A model generated the notes under the pieces. That model saw only the letters and a list, made by a program, of their open reading frames with translations, made no database searches and was not told where the DNA came from. A stretch of 60,716 nt of DNA, filler included, from Hausera hauseri (Eukaryota), in the NCBI GenBank assembly GCA_046269625.1. It is 11 parts of 11 records of this genome, joined end to end, with 100 filler letters (N's around TTAATTAATTAA, not from the genome) between each part and the next. Parts side by side here need not be neighbours in the genome. Positions count along the whole stretch, not along the records: positions 34,901 to 39,464 come from JBJURY010525680.1; positions 39,565 to 44,460 come from JBJURY010400035.1; positions 44,561 to 51,375 come from JBJURY010062995.1; positions 51,476 to 55,537 come from JBJURY010786090.1; 7 more parts are not named here. The stretch is one strand, 5' to 3'. Both the position numbers and the translations under genes were made by a program. Below, one piece after another: positions 39,201 to 51,542 of this stretch. Within the stretch, counting starts at the first letter, position 1; the number at the start of each line of letters is the position of its first letter.

Positions 39201-39464
39201 ACCTTGCACTTTATTCATAAGTAAGTTCCACACTGCTCCACTCTAACCGCTCAATTTGCATCACTAAGCTCTGGCAAGAAGAAACAACCTATTCAATGAA
39301 CTGCCAAGCTATTCAACGCTTTCGATCACCTCAAAGACAATTTAAAAACTGGAAATCCTGGCCTATCCCGACTCCCATGAAAAACTCTTCTTAACCACCG
39401 ACGCATCCACAACAGCTGCAGGTGCTGTCCTCCATCAAGTTAAAAATGGATCCCATGAGCCATT
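36260..39464 (+). mobile_element. Degraded Ty3/Gypsy element: 5' LTR (36260-36368), gag, protease, RT, start of RNase H
   Basis: TGTGGG...CCCACA LTR; KPSEFLR, CYYHSKFG; FLIHTGAAISL; SPWSSPLHVVPK; YIDD; TDAS. Confidence 0.92.
37664..37703 (+). promoter_or_regulatory. -1 frameshift site (G AAA AAC plus pseudoknot)
   Basis: Same layout as 242-283: 7-nt spacer, GCCG/CGGC and TAGGAC/GTCCTA stems. Confidence 0.7.
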
Positions 39465-39564
39465 NNNNNNNNNNNNNNNNNNNNNNNNNNNNNNNNNNNN
39501 NNNNNNNNTTAATTAATTAANNNNNNNNNNNNNNNNNNNNNNNNNNNNNNNNNNNNNNNNNNNN

Positions 39565-40725
39565 TCTTGGTAGTTGGTATGTATCCGTCTCCGTTATTTC
39601 ATTTAAGGCTCTATAGTCTATGCAAAATCTCATACTTCCATCTTTCTTTTTAATCATTACTACTGGCGCTGTCCATGGAGAACAACTTGGTCAAATTATC
39701 TTATTTTCCCGCATCTCCTTTATTATTTTGCGAGTTTCCTGTTTCTTATCATATGCCAGTCGATACGGTCTCTTCTTAATCGGCTTGTCCTGTCCGTCCT
39801 TCAACTTAGTGACATGCTGTATTACTTTCATGGTACCAAGGTCATAGTCGGTTTGTGAAAATCGACTGGCATTCTTTTTTAATAATTTCACTAACATTTC
39901 CTTTTCTTCCTTACTTAGAATTTCACATTTCTGCAGTCTCTCTTTTCAATTAATATTTGTGGTTTTATTTCTTTTGTCTTCGTCCGGTTTTTTTCCCAGT
40001 TTTTCCATCTTCATCTTTTCTATTTTATCCACATCTAATATTACTGAGCAAGTTTCTTCTTTGGTTATTTCTTCAGTGATCGTTGTTTTTTTCATTCTAG
40101 TATCCTTTCGTAATCGTTTTCCCTTATTTGTCGTATTACAAATGCATAAGTGAACTTTTCCATCTCTAACTTTATTTACGTGAAAGGCGATTAGGACTTC
40201 ATACTTTTCCGTAACTTGTGGAAATGGTTCAAAATAAATAATTTCTTTAGCGTTCGACTTTCTGCTTCTCCAGGGACCATTATCTCAGATCGTGGTGGGA
40301 TCGTAATGTCTTTCGTTAATGAAACCATTCATTCGTTACGATCTTCACCGAACGTCTTAAGTTGACATGTTCTCATATATATACGCGTTTTCCAATTGAT
40401 TTAATATATCACATCCTATTAAAATTTCGTTAGTCAGATTATCGGCTATTCTTATAGTATGTTTCAAAATTTGTACTCCAATCTTGATTTTGGCGTCCAG
40501 GATCATTTTGATTTCTTCTTCTGTGCCAAATGCTCCTACGTTGACTAGTGTAGTAGTTGGCCTTCGCAACTTCCTTTTTAATTCCTTTGGCAATTGGCTT
40601 CTTTCCATTATCGTCGTTGTAGATCCAGTACATAGCAAGGCCATCATGGGGTATCCATTTACTTCTATTTCTATTTCTGGCCTTATAGGTGGTTGTCGTT
40701 CATTTTTATCATACACCGTGTACAT
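39565..40725 (-). pseudogene. pol: Gypsy aspartic protease and N-terminal RT
   Basis: IEVNGYPMMALLCTGSTTTIM...ILIGCDIL; PIKKRPYRL...[27 protein letters not shown]. Confidence 0.9.
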
Positions 40726-41034
40726 GAATTCACGTTTATAAGTTGTTAAATTTTCTTCAAAACTTTTTCATCTGCTGTACCTGTCGTATAGGGCATAGTT
40801 CTGTATGTACTACGTATCGGGGAGCTGATGGATTTATTAACGGTTGTTCATTATACATTTGTCCGTGATATTTATCTGCAGGATACAGACGAGGTAGGTC
40901 TGTTATTAATTTCTGTCTACACTTAGGCTTCCATGTTTTAAGTATTAGTTGTTTAACACTAGGTACTCGTTTCTTTGCTTTTATTTGACTATATTCGGCA
41001 TCATCATTATCAGGTATACTATATTGGGATTCTT

Positions 41035-42917
41035 TCATGTCTTTTCTTTCAGTATCTTTCTCTTCCATCGTGCATCATGGTTTGCTAAGAGGCAACTTGC
41101 TACTGCCGGTACTACCTTTTTTAGAATCTTCCATGAGCATCCTACTGCGGCATGTATCCCATATGCCTTACCTAATGCCGTAAATACTGTTCGAAGGGCG
41201 CTAATTATAAAATATATCGCTAGAAAACCTGAAGCGGTTGACCAAAATATAAAAACTTGCCCCACATCTTTTCCATTACATTTTTCGTCACCTTCTTTAA
41301 ATAGTCCTTACCCATAAGATTTTCCCACTGTAATGATCCTTCGCCATTCCACATTACTGTCCTTGTCAATTCCGTTATGACCCTCTGTCTCTGCTGGGGA
41401 AACAACAACATACGTCGATAGTCTTCTAGATTTTGCTGTGTGTAAATTCCTCCTTGCGATATTCCAGTCAACGGTTCGAATTTCTGATTCCGTTGTAAAT
41501 TAATTAAACTCAATGTCTCTGGTTTAGATACTCGTTCTCTTTTGGGCATCCTAATCCACTTATCGTTATCAATCTCGAACATGGGCGACATATTAAAGGT
41601 ACAATTATATAGAGGAGTATGCTTCATGTTATTGTCTAATAATATTCTAGTTACTGGCATTAAATATTTTGGTTCCGTATGGTACATCACAGGTAATTCC
41701 ATCATACATACTTCTGTTGGCCTAATTGATACTTCCACATTCTTACGTTCTATTGTTATTAAAACTTCGCCCATTACTCTGTCGATAATTCCGTCACCGA
41801 AGGGCATTACAGGCGCTACCATATCCGGGTTCGTTATTACCAGCGCCATTTTATTACGCATTATTTCGTAATTCAGCTTGCACTCGTTCATTATTATTTC
41901 ACGATATAGACCTCTAATCTCTTTCCTTACGTAATTAATTAAAAAATCAATCTTATTGTCGAAATATTGCGTCAGTTTTATATCTTATCTATTTTGGTTT
42001 TCGCCCCGAGTATCTCTTTTCTTGATAAGAAAATACCCTTAGTTAGTTTTCGATGCTTCGTTACATTTAGTTGCTACTCCCGTAATCTTGAATCGCATCA
42101 TATCTTCCGGGTTTTCTGAATATACAATCGTAGCCACTTCTGTCATCTTCACTTCCTTTGTTCCTTCTTTATACGTGGCTGTTTCTTTTTCCGCTGTTTT
42201 TCCTACCGTTTTATTAAATTTTCCTTCCTTCAGTAACGTTAATTGACATTTACTTGCTGTGACTTCCCATGTCATTTTCGATTCTCCGGTATCACATTCG
42301 CCATTATCATATTCACATTCGCTCATAGTCGTCATTATTTTTGTCTGTGAATCAAATAATACTTCATATTCCTTCAACTGGATCTGGTAATCTTCGATGG
42401 CTACCGTCCTAGGCGCAATGGTACCTCCTACGTCGTAATCTACCCCTTTGCACGTTCCTTCCATCGTCTTATCTATTCTTCCTGCCTTGAAAATTCTGGT
42501 ATATTTTATCCGATTCCGAACTGCTGGTACATGTGCGTTTTGTATAGTTATAATACCAATCTTGAAAGCTTCTTGGCACTCTGATCGTGATATAATAATT
42601 GGTTCGAAAGGTGTGGTGGGTTCGATTATGGCTGAGTTTCCTGAATAGTAGGCACAATAAAACAAGAAAAATGATCTCTTTACGTAACATCCCCTGACTT
42701 TTGCTTTTATGAATTCCGATTCTTGATATACCCAGTATGTAAGACCACTTGTCGTGGTTAACTGTTCTGGGTCAGCTTCTGGGCATTTCTCCAAATCCAT
42801 TAGAGAGTACTTTTGACCTTCACTAGGTTTAGAGCAGTCATAAGCTATTATACCCACAGCTTTTGGCATCAATAATGACGTTATTAGGAGAATTTGAATA
42901 ATCTCCATCATTGACAT
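41035..42917 (-). pseudogene. env: Chuvirus-like envelope glycoprotein
   Basis: Hydrophobic signal then IIAYDC...SL...C...Q....C..R...YC; YFDNKIDF...LYREIIMNECKL; G....MGEV...VEVSIRPTEVC..ELPV....YL.P.TRIL; GIYT; WGKFLYFG followed by a TM segment. The motif order matches recalled Jingchuvirales glycoproteins. Confidence 0.8.
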
Positions 42918-44355
42918 ACCTGTTATGCCTGCTCTAGAGATGTTTGGTTGTGTCGCCATTGGCGTATCTATTAGTCTTTCTCGTTCTCCTGGCCTTATTA
43001 CGTTGGTCATCAGGCTGGTTAACCATCCACCTCTACATTGAGCCCAATTGCCTAACGTATCTTTCAAAATTTTTACGGCTGTTCTTATATTCCGCTCAAT
43101 TTCTTCTAGGTTTTGCGTTTGGTGATTGATTACTATTATTTTATATAGAAGGTATGATATCGCCGTTCGAGCTTTTTCGCGTGTAATTCCGGTTGCGAAC
43201 ATTTTTTCTAAAATATCCATCTCATGCAGTTCATTTATCCGTTCTTCCTCTAAATTTTCGTAGAATTGCCTACTTATTCGTAGCATATTATTATGTAACG
43301 TTGTGAATAGTTCATCTGGTATTATTGCCTGCATGTCAAATGAGGCAAATGACGTATGTAGTCTAGCCAATAATGTTCTTAATAATGGATCTATGTCCAC
43401 CGATTCAGGAGTACCATCTGTTCCTGCTAATAATAATCGTCTCACTATTTCTTCATTTCTATCTTTTCTATTACGAATATCACTTATTTTTGTTCCTTTC
43501 GGCCTACCTCTTCTCTTAGCTTCTGTTTGAACCGTAACATCCTGCGTATCACCTATAGGAATTTCTTCTACTCCGGGTGGTTCTAGTTCTCTTATAATAT
43601 TTTCTACTGTAGCCTGGGCTCTTGCCTCTGGATGTATTTCGGTTATCGTTATCGGATTGTAGTTCTCACTTCTACATCCAATTCTCAATAATTTGTCGTA
43701 GTTATATAACGTTCTTCCATAGTAATTTAGTCCATATGGGCTTCCCTGATAGAAAGGTTCCAACTCCTCAATCCTTTCTCTTAGGCTTTGTATATCGTCT
43801 ACTTCCTTCATCCTAATAACCCTCATATCTTGGTTTCCTTCCCTTACTGTTATCCGTAAAACTTCGTTCCTTCCTTTCTCATCTTCGGCAACCTTGGCCA
43901 ATACCGTTCTTGCTACTTCTCTTACAGGATTCGTATCCTGGGCTAATAACACTAATTGAAGTAAAATTTCATTCACCCTTTCTGACGTTACTTTATTAGT
44001 AAGTATCTTTAATATCGTGGTTGTTGTTTTATCTACATCGATTATATTATTGGGATCAACAGTTATTACTGCCTGAATAATATCTTCTTCTTCGTCTAAG
44101 TCTACGCCTAGATTTCTTATTACTTTAATCCAATATAGTATCGTCAAATATTGGCGTAGCTTGGGTTTCTTCCGGACTGAATGAGGGTGAGGGTGTGCTG
44201 AGATTACTCTTCTTTCTTCCTCTTTTCTTTTCTTTTAATACCTCTTCTCTCTCGGTTGACGTTTCTCTTGATTCAACCTCTACATCAACTATTTTCTTAT
44301 TGCCTTTCTTTCTTCCTTTACGGGATCCTTGTTTCTCTGGTTGATTTTCTATCAT
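42918..44355 (-). CDS. Unknown charged, probably helical domain with AT-hook/NLS-like motifs, in frame with env
   Basis: The first ~410 aa of ORF 42039..44147 run directly into the env signal peptide; KRRGRPKG; KKRGRKK in the overlapping upstream frame. Confidence 0.7.
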
Positions 44356-44560
44356 ATAAATACTACTTTCTTTCAGTCTTTGCTGCTGTCTTTTATACTC
44401 CTTTAATTCTATTTCTAATTGCTTCTTTACATGGTGAGGTAATGTATCGTTTATATAGTTNNNNNNNNNNNNNNNNNNNNNNNNNNNNNNNNNNNNNNNN
44501 NNNNTTAATTAATTAANNNNNNNNNNNNNNNNNNNNNNNNNNNNNNNNNNNNNNNNNNNN

Positions 44561-45200
44561 GCTAGATCTGGTGCAACAGCTGCGAAGCATATTAGCGAAT
44601 TGAAATGCTCAACCGCATTAGACGTAGCCACATCAGATGCAGCGGCTCCAACAAAAAGTCAATGGCAGCGGTCAGTTTATGCTACAGAGTTAAAGAGAAA
44701 ATTCCGCAGTTATGGTGTTGATGCAACTGGCCAAACAACCCTCCAAGAGTTCCTATTATGCACAGAGGAAGAAACAGGGAATTTTTCAGGACAACATGGC
44801 TAAGCTCAAGGCATTTAAGGTCAATATGAAACTGAAGGCCACATACATCAATGTTGATGGCGAAGATTCCAAGAGGGCCTTCAAGACCAAAAATAGGCCC
44901 ATATTGGAAACAACCAATATAGTGGAATGGCTGTATGAGGAACACAGGAAGATGATCCGTGAAGCCAGAGAGAGCCCGGATAAGAAAAGCTACTGGACTT
45001 TGTCAGCCATACAGACTGCTTGTGTATGTGCACAAGTACTCCCTGAACGGAGTCAGCAGAAAAACGTATGCATCAATGCCAATAATAGTGACAAAATGTG
45101 TTTCATGTATGCCATTCTATCAAAACTTGTAATGGATCAAAAACATTCCTCACGAGTCACAGTATAGCGAAACATCCAGCACAACTATGACTTCCAATAT
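44561..45200 (+). pseudogene. polB: Polinton pPolB N-terminal region fragment
   Basis: KVNMKLKATY...RAFKTKNRP...CFMYAILSKL, homologous to 54300-54892. Confidence 0.8.
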
Positions 45201-45799
45201 GTTAAGTTTTATGTTGCAATTAATTCGCAAAAGTTAAATCCAAAATGAAAAGAGAGAAACAGCTGCTGAACTACGCTTTATTATGCAAAATTCAAAAAAA
45301 CTTAATTATTTTCAATCAATTCTCTATACAATCAAATCCATATACAAATGTTTATACAGATTTTGTACAATCAAGCATCTTTCGACCAAGTGTTTATCCA
45401 GTTTTTTTGTACGATTAAGCGTCTTTCGACCAGAAACGCGTCCGTGGAATGTTGTGGACGTGTGAGATGACGTAATTAACTTGAGACTAACTGCACTGTC
45501 TGTTAAAAGAGAACATTGTAAAAGTGTGAAATGACGTAACAATTTTCATGTATGACGAAATGAATATGGAACATCTGCATTTGGATTTGAGCTGACTTCA
45601 GTATCTGTCGTTGGAGCGGAAGTTGACTTGAACACTGGCTGAAAGTTGTTTGGACTTGGAGAGGCAGTCGACTAAATCAAAGGATTAAGGGTTAGAATTA
45701 GTTGCATTAGCATGGAAGAATTTCGATGGAGGAGCACAATGAATATTCGATCTGTTTCTACTTGATCTGATTATCAATAAGTGTTGATAGGACAAAAGT

Positions 45800-47950
45800 T
45801 GTGTCCGTGACCGCGTCACCACATCACCCCAGTGGCAGAATAGAAACGATGTGAAGGAAAAAACAATGATGAAGATAAGATGGATGAAAATGATGAGTCG
45901 CAAAATGAACAATGTTCGGTGCCTATTCGGTTTTAGTATGGGTCAGGCGTTGTGTAACATCAAAGAACTTTTCTATGCAGTACGTATTGAATGTCACTGT
46001 GCGTGGCTTACTCGATGGATTTGTGCTGGGTTGTTGAGTGATATTTTGTGATGAAAATTATAGTGAAGATAAGTCAAGCAAAAAGGCGATGCAATTGGAG
46101 GTGATGAAAAGTCATTTAGAAAATCTGTAGGAGTGCGAGATGAGTTTGAGTTGGAGGTAGAATTGGCATTTGAAATGTCGTCAATGAAGAAAGCGGGCTT
46201 TAAGGTCGAAATATAGATTTTGTAAGGTTTATCTTGGCGTAAGATGGTTGCTGGGTGAGATGAGAGATTCAGCAGTTTGTATGGACCAACATATTGAGGT
46301 CTAAAACAAGAAGGCGATTGATACTTCAGTCGCACAAACTCGGAGGCAAATAAACCCTTTGGAATATAGGATTTGTTGTTGTTAAATAGACGACAGAATG
46401 AATCTAAGCTGACATCGACAAAGTGAGATTGTGAATCACGAATGTTTTCGTCTGCGGGGTTGTCGTTGGGATCCGAAAGCTCAAATAGTGCCAGAATTGG
46501 AGTTCCAAAGAGTGCTTCGGCTGGAGCACAAGCGGTAGTGGTAGAAGGTGTGTTGCAATACCCTAGTAGAACAAATGGTAGAATGGACGTCCAATTACGA
46601 TGAATGTCAGCCAAGATTTTTGAAGAAATTTTCATTGTGCGATGGAGTCTTTCAAGGAGGCCATTTGCTTGAGAATGATATAGTGTAGTATGGAAATGGG
46701 ATATTCCCAAACCCTTGACAATTGATTTGAAAAGTTTCGTCTCAAATTGTGGACCTTGATCTATTATTATGTGACGTGTAGAACCAAAGCGACTGATCCA
46801 GATTTTAATAAAAGGCGTATGCAACTGAACCAGTGTTCGTTGAACGAAGAGGAACGGCTTCAGGCCAGCGAGAAGCACGTTTCATCATGGTAAGTATATG
46901 TTAATATCCGTTGTCTGAAGGCCAAGGATTAACTAGACCAAGATGAACCGTAGGGAAACGTGATTGACAGGGAAATGGTACAGTGGCGGTTTGAGGTGTT
47001 TGTTGATTTTGTATTTCTGACAGGCTACGCATTCTTTAACCCAACCCTGTACATCTCTACGCATTAATGGCCATACTACATGACGTTCAAGTAGGCGAAA
47101 GGTTGCTTTGGAACCTGGATGATGGAGTGAATGCGTGTTAACAAAAGCTGGCTTTTGTAAAGATGGTGCTAAAATGATCTTTTTATTACCGATATTCGAC
47201 GTATCATAAGCAATGCCATCGGTGATCTCGAAAGATTTGAAGAAACTAAGGAGGCCTGCAGACGGTAGATTTGCCTTTAACACGTCGGATGGGAAAATGG
47301 GATCAACTGTGATGGAGCCAACCGACCTCGATAGAAAATCTGCTACTAGATTATCTGTGCCTCAGATGTATTCCAAAACAAAGCTGAACGCAGACAGGTA
47401 TGATATATGTCTCCACTGCCTCGGTGATGGCTGTTTTAACGACATGATGTGTAGGAGAGGCTTTTAATCAGTTTGAGTGACAAATAAACGAGACAGAAGT
47501 ATATTTTTAAAATGTTTTACTGCCTGAACTATGGAGAGTAACTCACGGTCAAATGTTGAATAACGGCTTTCGGGTTGTTTAAACTTCCTAAAGTAAAATT
47601 TTAATGGTTCATCAATCCCGTTGGAAATTTGGTGTAATATCGCACCAGTTGCTGTGGTCGAGGCATTGGTAGTAAGTATAAGATCTTCGTTGAGCTTTGG
47701 ATAGGCCAGTATTTCGACCGATTTAGGCCATCGCGTAAGTGATCAAACTTAGTGACTAAATCAGGAGTCCAGTGAATCAACAGCCTTTTTTCCCAATATG
47801 ACAAATGTGCAAAAGATGCCGTAAGCTCAGAACAATGAGGTACGTATTTGTGGATGAAGTGGAGTGTGCCTAAGAAGCTTTTCATGTGCGTGGTAGTCGT
47901 TGGTAGAGTAATGTTCTTCAATTGTTGTAGTCGATCCGGTTATGGAGAGT
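45800..47950 (-). mobile_element. pol: Degraded Ty3/Gypsy RNase H-integrase with PPT and LTR start
   Basis: SFLGTLHFIHKYVP, HSLHHPG, ECVACQ, IDQGPQFE, ERLHR; GGGGTGA|TGTGGTG at 45830-45817. Confidence 0.9.
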
Positions 47951-48580
47951 GGCCGTGAGAAGTGCTGACGTGACTGTAATTTCGAAACGTTGTAAATAAA
48001 CTCGTACATAAAAGGTTTCCATCAAAGCCATAAGTAGAATGATCCAACATAAACAAAATTTAAAATTTCTATTTCTAAACTTCTTACAAATCAATTTTTA
48101 TATTCTACATCTACATATTCATACCTATATACACAAATATATACATGTTTCCTTGTAAACTTTCATTCATACAAACATATACATTCAATTGCAAACATCA
48201 ACTCATACACACAAAATTACATATTCCCATGCAAACATCCACTTGTACACAAGCATACACATGTTCCCATACAAACATCCTTCTATATAAACAAGCATAT
48301 ATATATACTGTTATAGGGGGCAAACATTATTATCTCTTTTCTTTCTTCTACTTTGAGGAGAAAGCGTACAATTCTGTGCATTACTGCCTCTAAAGAGGCA
48401 GTACTATTGAGTACTTGAGTACTATTGGACAACAAATCAAGAAAATAATAGGTTGAATAGAGGCACATGCATAGGTCCTATCGGCTCATCTGCGTCCAAG
48501 CATCCCATCAGCATGAAGCTCAACAGTCTAAGCAAACTTTTAATGATTAAATCCATACTAATGATTCCACAAAATGGTTT

Positions 48581-50977
48581 TTAACCATTTAATTTATTTG
48601 TAGAAACAGTTGAAACAACTACATCATTACCCGATGTTAATTCACTTGTTATTGGATTATCTGACATTATTTTCAATTCTGGTGTAGCACTAACATTTAT
48701 GTTCTCAAATTCGGTTTTGACGTTTGATACAGATTGAATTGTTTCAATATTAGGCTTCATACTAACTCGCTGAATTTCTTCGGGTAACTGAGATTCTACA
48801 GTAGGTTTGTTAACATTTATTTGAGAACCGTTAACAGGTGAACAAACGTTAACACCCGGAATATTTAATAAACCGGAGTGATTAGTAATAATACTCACAG
48901 AATTATTGATTTCAGAAGGTTCAAGTATTGTTGCTTGATAACTAACTGTCGGAGATTTCTGCACACTAACAGATAATGAAATCGAAGATGATACACTTGA
49001 AGTCGAGCTAGTAACTGGAAGATTTTTCACATTTGATACATTTGAACACCGTTTATTTCTCTTCGAAGTACCCTTTTCGATTTTCACTTTATTTTGATTT
49101 TCAGCATTTTGTTCTTGCATTACTCGTTCAATGACACTCTTAACGTAGGACGTAAGATCTTCTTTCTCTACGGTATTTGTATTATTGGCATTTACTTGTT
49201 TCAATGGATAAAGTTTAACGTTTGAATTGTCAAGCACAGTTCCTTCAACAATAATATTGCTAGAATTATTATTTGTTGTTTCACTGTTGGAATTATCAGA
49301 ACATTTATCCAAAACTTGATTTGCAATATTCATGCTGCTTAACTGAGACTCTGAATTAGTAATATTTGGTGAAATAATATTGCTTATAGAACTGGACGAA
49401 GTGATTGATTCTTCTAATGCAGTTTCAATACTAAGGAAAAGATTATTATTTGTTTCATCTTCGCTTTTATGATCAACATTTATTTCGGATTCGCAAAAAA
49501 TTATAACTTTCGGTGTCGAAACTCGAACTTCTTCATGACTGATATTTATAAAGCTATCTATTATATTCTCTTTTATGTCGTTATGTTTTACATTTTCAAC
49601 ATTTGTGGATTCAGTAACTGTATCTACATCAGAGTTCGCATCACATTTCCAGATTAATGGTGACCTTATTTCACTTTCTTCTTTTAGCATTATACTAGCA
49701 ATAGCAATATCTTGCTCTTCTTTATCTAATTCGGTTTTTTCATCATCCGCAAATTTTGAACTTTCTAATTCACCCGTATTATTTACTATTTCAAATTTAC
49801 AATCCTCAATTTCTTTACTTACTAATTCATTTGAATCAATTAAGCTTTCTATCAATTCTTTTCCAGTGTTGTTTTCTAAATTATCGTTTTCATTTTTAAT
49901 TATTGCTGATGATTCTTCTTCGTCCAATTTAACAAAAGATATATTATTAATATTTTTGGAAATAATTTCAAAGCTTCCGACTTTTTCTTTAACTATATTT
50001 CCACTTTCACAACTGCTTTGATAACTTAAACCTGATTTCCAATCATCATCCGACAATTTCATACTTTCTAAATCAACTTCAGCATATTCCACAGAATAAG
50101 ATTTAATAACCAAAAATCTAGCCAAAGCCAGCTTTGATAAATGAAACAGCTGAGGATTAATTGTCTGCATAGTTTCTATTAAACGTTTTTTGATTTGGGG
50201 GTCTGAGATAGATGAAATGATTTCACGAAATCTTTTTACATCGAAAGTAGTAGAAGTCTGTGTCACAATATTGTCAGAACAATAACAATCGTTAATGCTT
50301 AAGCTTTTTAATGTCTGATGAAAGTTTTCATCGAGTAAATGAGCATCATAAGGATTCCAAGCGAGACCTGGTGCAGGTGCTTCGACCGATAAGTTTCCTG
50401 AATTATTCTGCTTGTTGTACTGAGGATTTTTCCTTATAATCTGATTGTTTTGTGGAGAATTTGACATTTTGGATTTGGAACTGTTTACTGGTAGTGGATT
50501 GAAATTATTGTCGAGGTTATTAGCAACAGCCGAAGAAAAGTTACTATTGCTGTTCATAGGATTGTCGGAGTTTTTTGTCATCATAAACGCATTCTGATGA
50601 GGATCAATATTCGGAGAAAGACCCAGGCCTGGTAAACTGTAATAATTTGATAATGAACAATAATTTGAATGAGTTCCAGCATTAGGAAACTGATATAAAA
50701 GTGGCATAAATTCTAAGGGACTGTAGATACACTGATTTGCCATACTATTTGTATAAGCGTCATAACCAATATTTGGTGGCTGTGAATAATAACTTGTTTC
50801 TCCATCGGATATAATTCTATTATTATAATGAACCTGTTCTGAATCATTTCTTGAAGTTTTTTCATCGTTTAAATTTTGATATTGCTGTTTAGGAACGAAA
50901 GGAATAGAGAAACAATCATCCCACTTCTGACACCAATTTGTGGGTAGTAATAATCCATCGTATAAAATAAATCCAAA
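48581..50977 (-). CDS. Large host exon, unknown N/S/E-rich protein (~800 codons)
   Basis: 720-aa ORF whose frame stays open upstream (FGFILYDGLLLPTNWCQKW...) to a pyrimidine-rich acceptor TTTTGCTTTGTTAG ending at 50978. Confidence 0.7.
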   Translation of the reverse strand, partial: FGFILYDGLLLPTNWCQKWDDCFSIPFVPKQQYQNLNDEKTSRNDSEQVHYNNRIISDGETSYYSQPPNIGYDAYTNSMANQCIYSPLEFMPLLYQFPNAGTHSNYCSLSNYYSLPGLGLSPNIDPHQNAFMMTKNSDNPMNSNSNFSSAVANNLDNNFNPLPVNSSKSKMSNSPQNNQIIRKNPQYNKQNNSGNLSVEAPAPGLAWNPYDAHLLDENFHQTLKSLSINDCYCSDNIVTQTSTTFDVKRFREIISSISDPQIKKRLIETMQTINPQLFHLSKLALARFLVIKSYSVEYAEVDLESMKLSDDDWKSGLSYQSSCESGNIVKEKVGSFEIISKNINNISFVKLDEEESSAIIKNENDNLENNTGKELIESLIDSNELVSKEIEDCKFEIVNNTGELESSKFADDEKTELDKEEQDIAIASIMLKEESEIRSPLIWKCDANSDVDTVTESTNVENVKHNDIKENIIDSFINISHEEVRVSTPKVIIFCESEINVDHKSEDETNNNLFLSIETALEESITSSSSISNIISPNITNSESQLSSMNIANQVLDKCSDNSNSETTNNNSSNIIVEGTVLDNSNVKLYPLKQVNANNTNTVEKEDLTSYVKSVIERVMQEQNAENQNKVKIEKGTSKRNKRCSNVSNVKNLPVTSSTSSVSSSISLSVSVQKSPTVSYQATILEPSEINNSVSIITNHSGLLNIPGVNVCSPVNGSQINVNKPTVESQLPEEIQRVSMKPNIETIQSVSNVKTEFENINVSATPELKIMSDNPITSELTSGNDVVVSTVSTNKLNG

Positions 50978-51269
50978 CTAACAAAGCAAAACAGTTGAGA
51001 GAAGCAAAACAATTGAGACTAAAGTTTTTTATTCAAAAGTTCCATAATCAATTAACTATTCAATTTTTCAATTATTCATGTAGTCAAGAAAACAATTGTT
51101 TATACACATATATACATATATTTCTTTTGTCCAATGGTTTGAGAGACGAAAGATTTGGCCGATATTTACACCGTTTGCTTATAAATTCCTGCTGAATATT
51201 TTTTTTCTGAATTCGAGGTTCTTTAAAGGAGTGATCCGAACAGGTTTGTTTTGGATGGATTGTTTGATG

Positions 51270-51375
51270 GAGGAAATCCTTCGGTCGGAAGAACCACTCG
51301 CGCCCACCATCGCGGCACCACATCACCCCCCGTGGCGGAAAAGAGACTGTGTAGTTGAAGAGGAAAAGCTATTCG
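51270..51375 (-). repeat. 3' terminus (PPT plus LTR start) of another Gypsy copy
   Basis: GGGGGGTGA|TGTGGTGCCGCG at 51331-51311. Confidence 0.6.
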
Positions 51376-51542
51376 NNNNNNNNNNNNNNNNNNNNNNNNN
51401 NNNNNNNNNNNNNNNNNNNTTAATTAATTAANNNNNNNNNNNNNNNNNNNNNNNNNNNNNNNNNNNNNNNNNNNNACAACACGATATTTCTATACAACAT
51501 TTATTGAACAAAGAATAACAAAGAATAACAATATGTACATAG

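Larger units (their letters stand above)
39565..44460 (-). mobile_element. Ty3/Gypsy element fragment with order: unknown domain, envelope glycoprotein, protease, RT
   Basis: All parts are on the minus strand of one contig; see sub-features. Confidence 0.85.
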
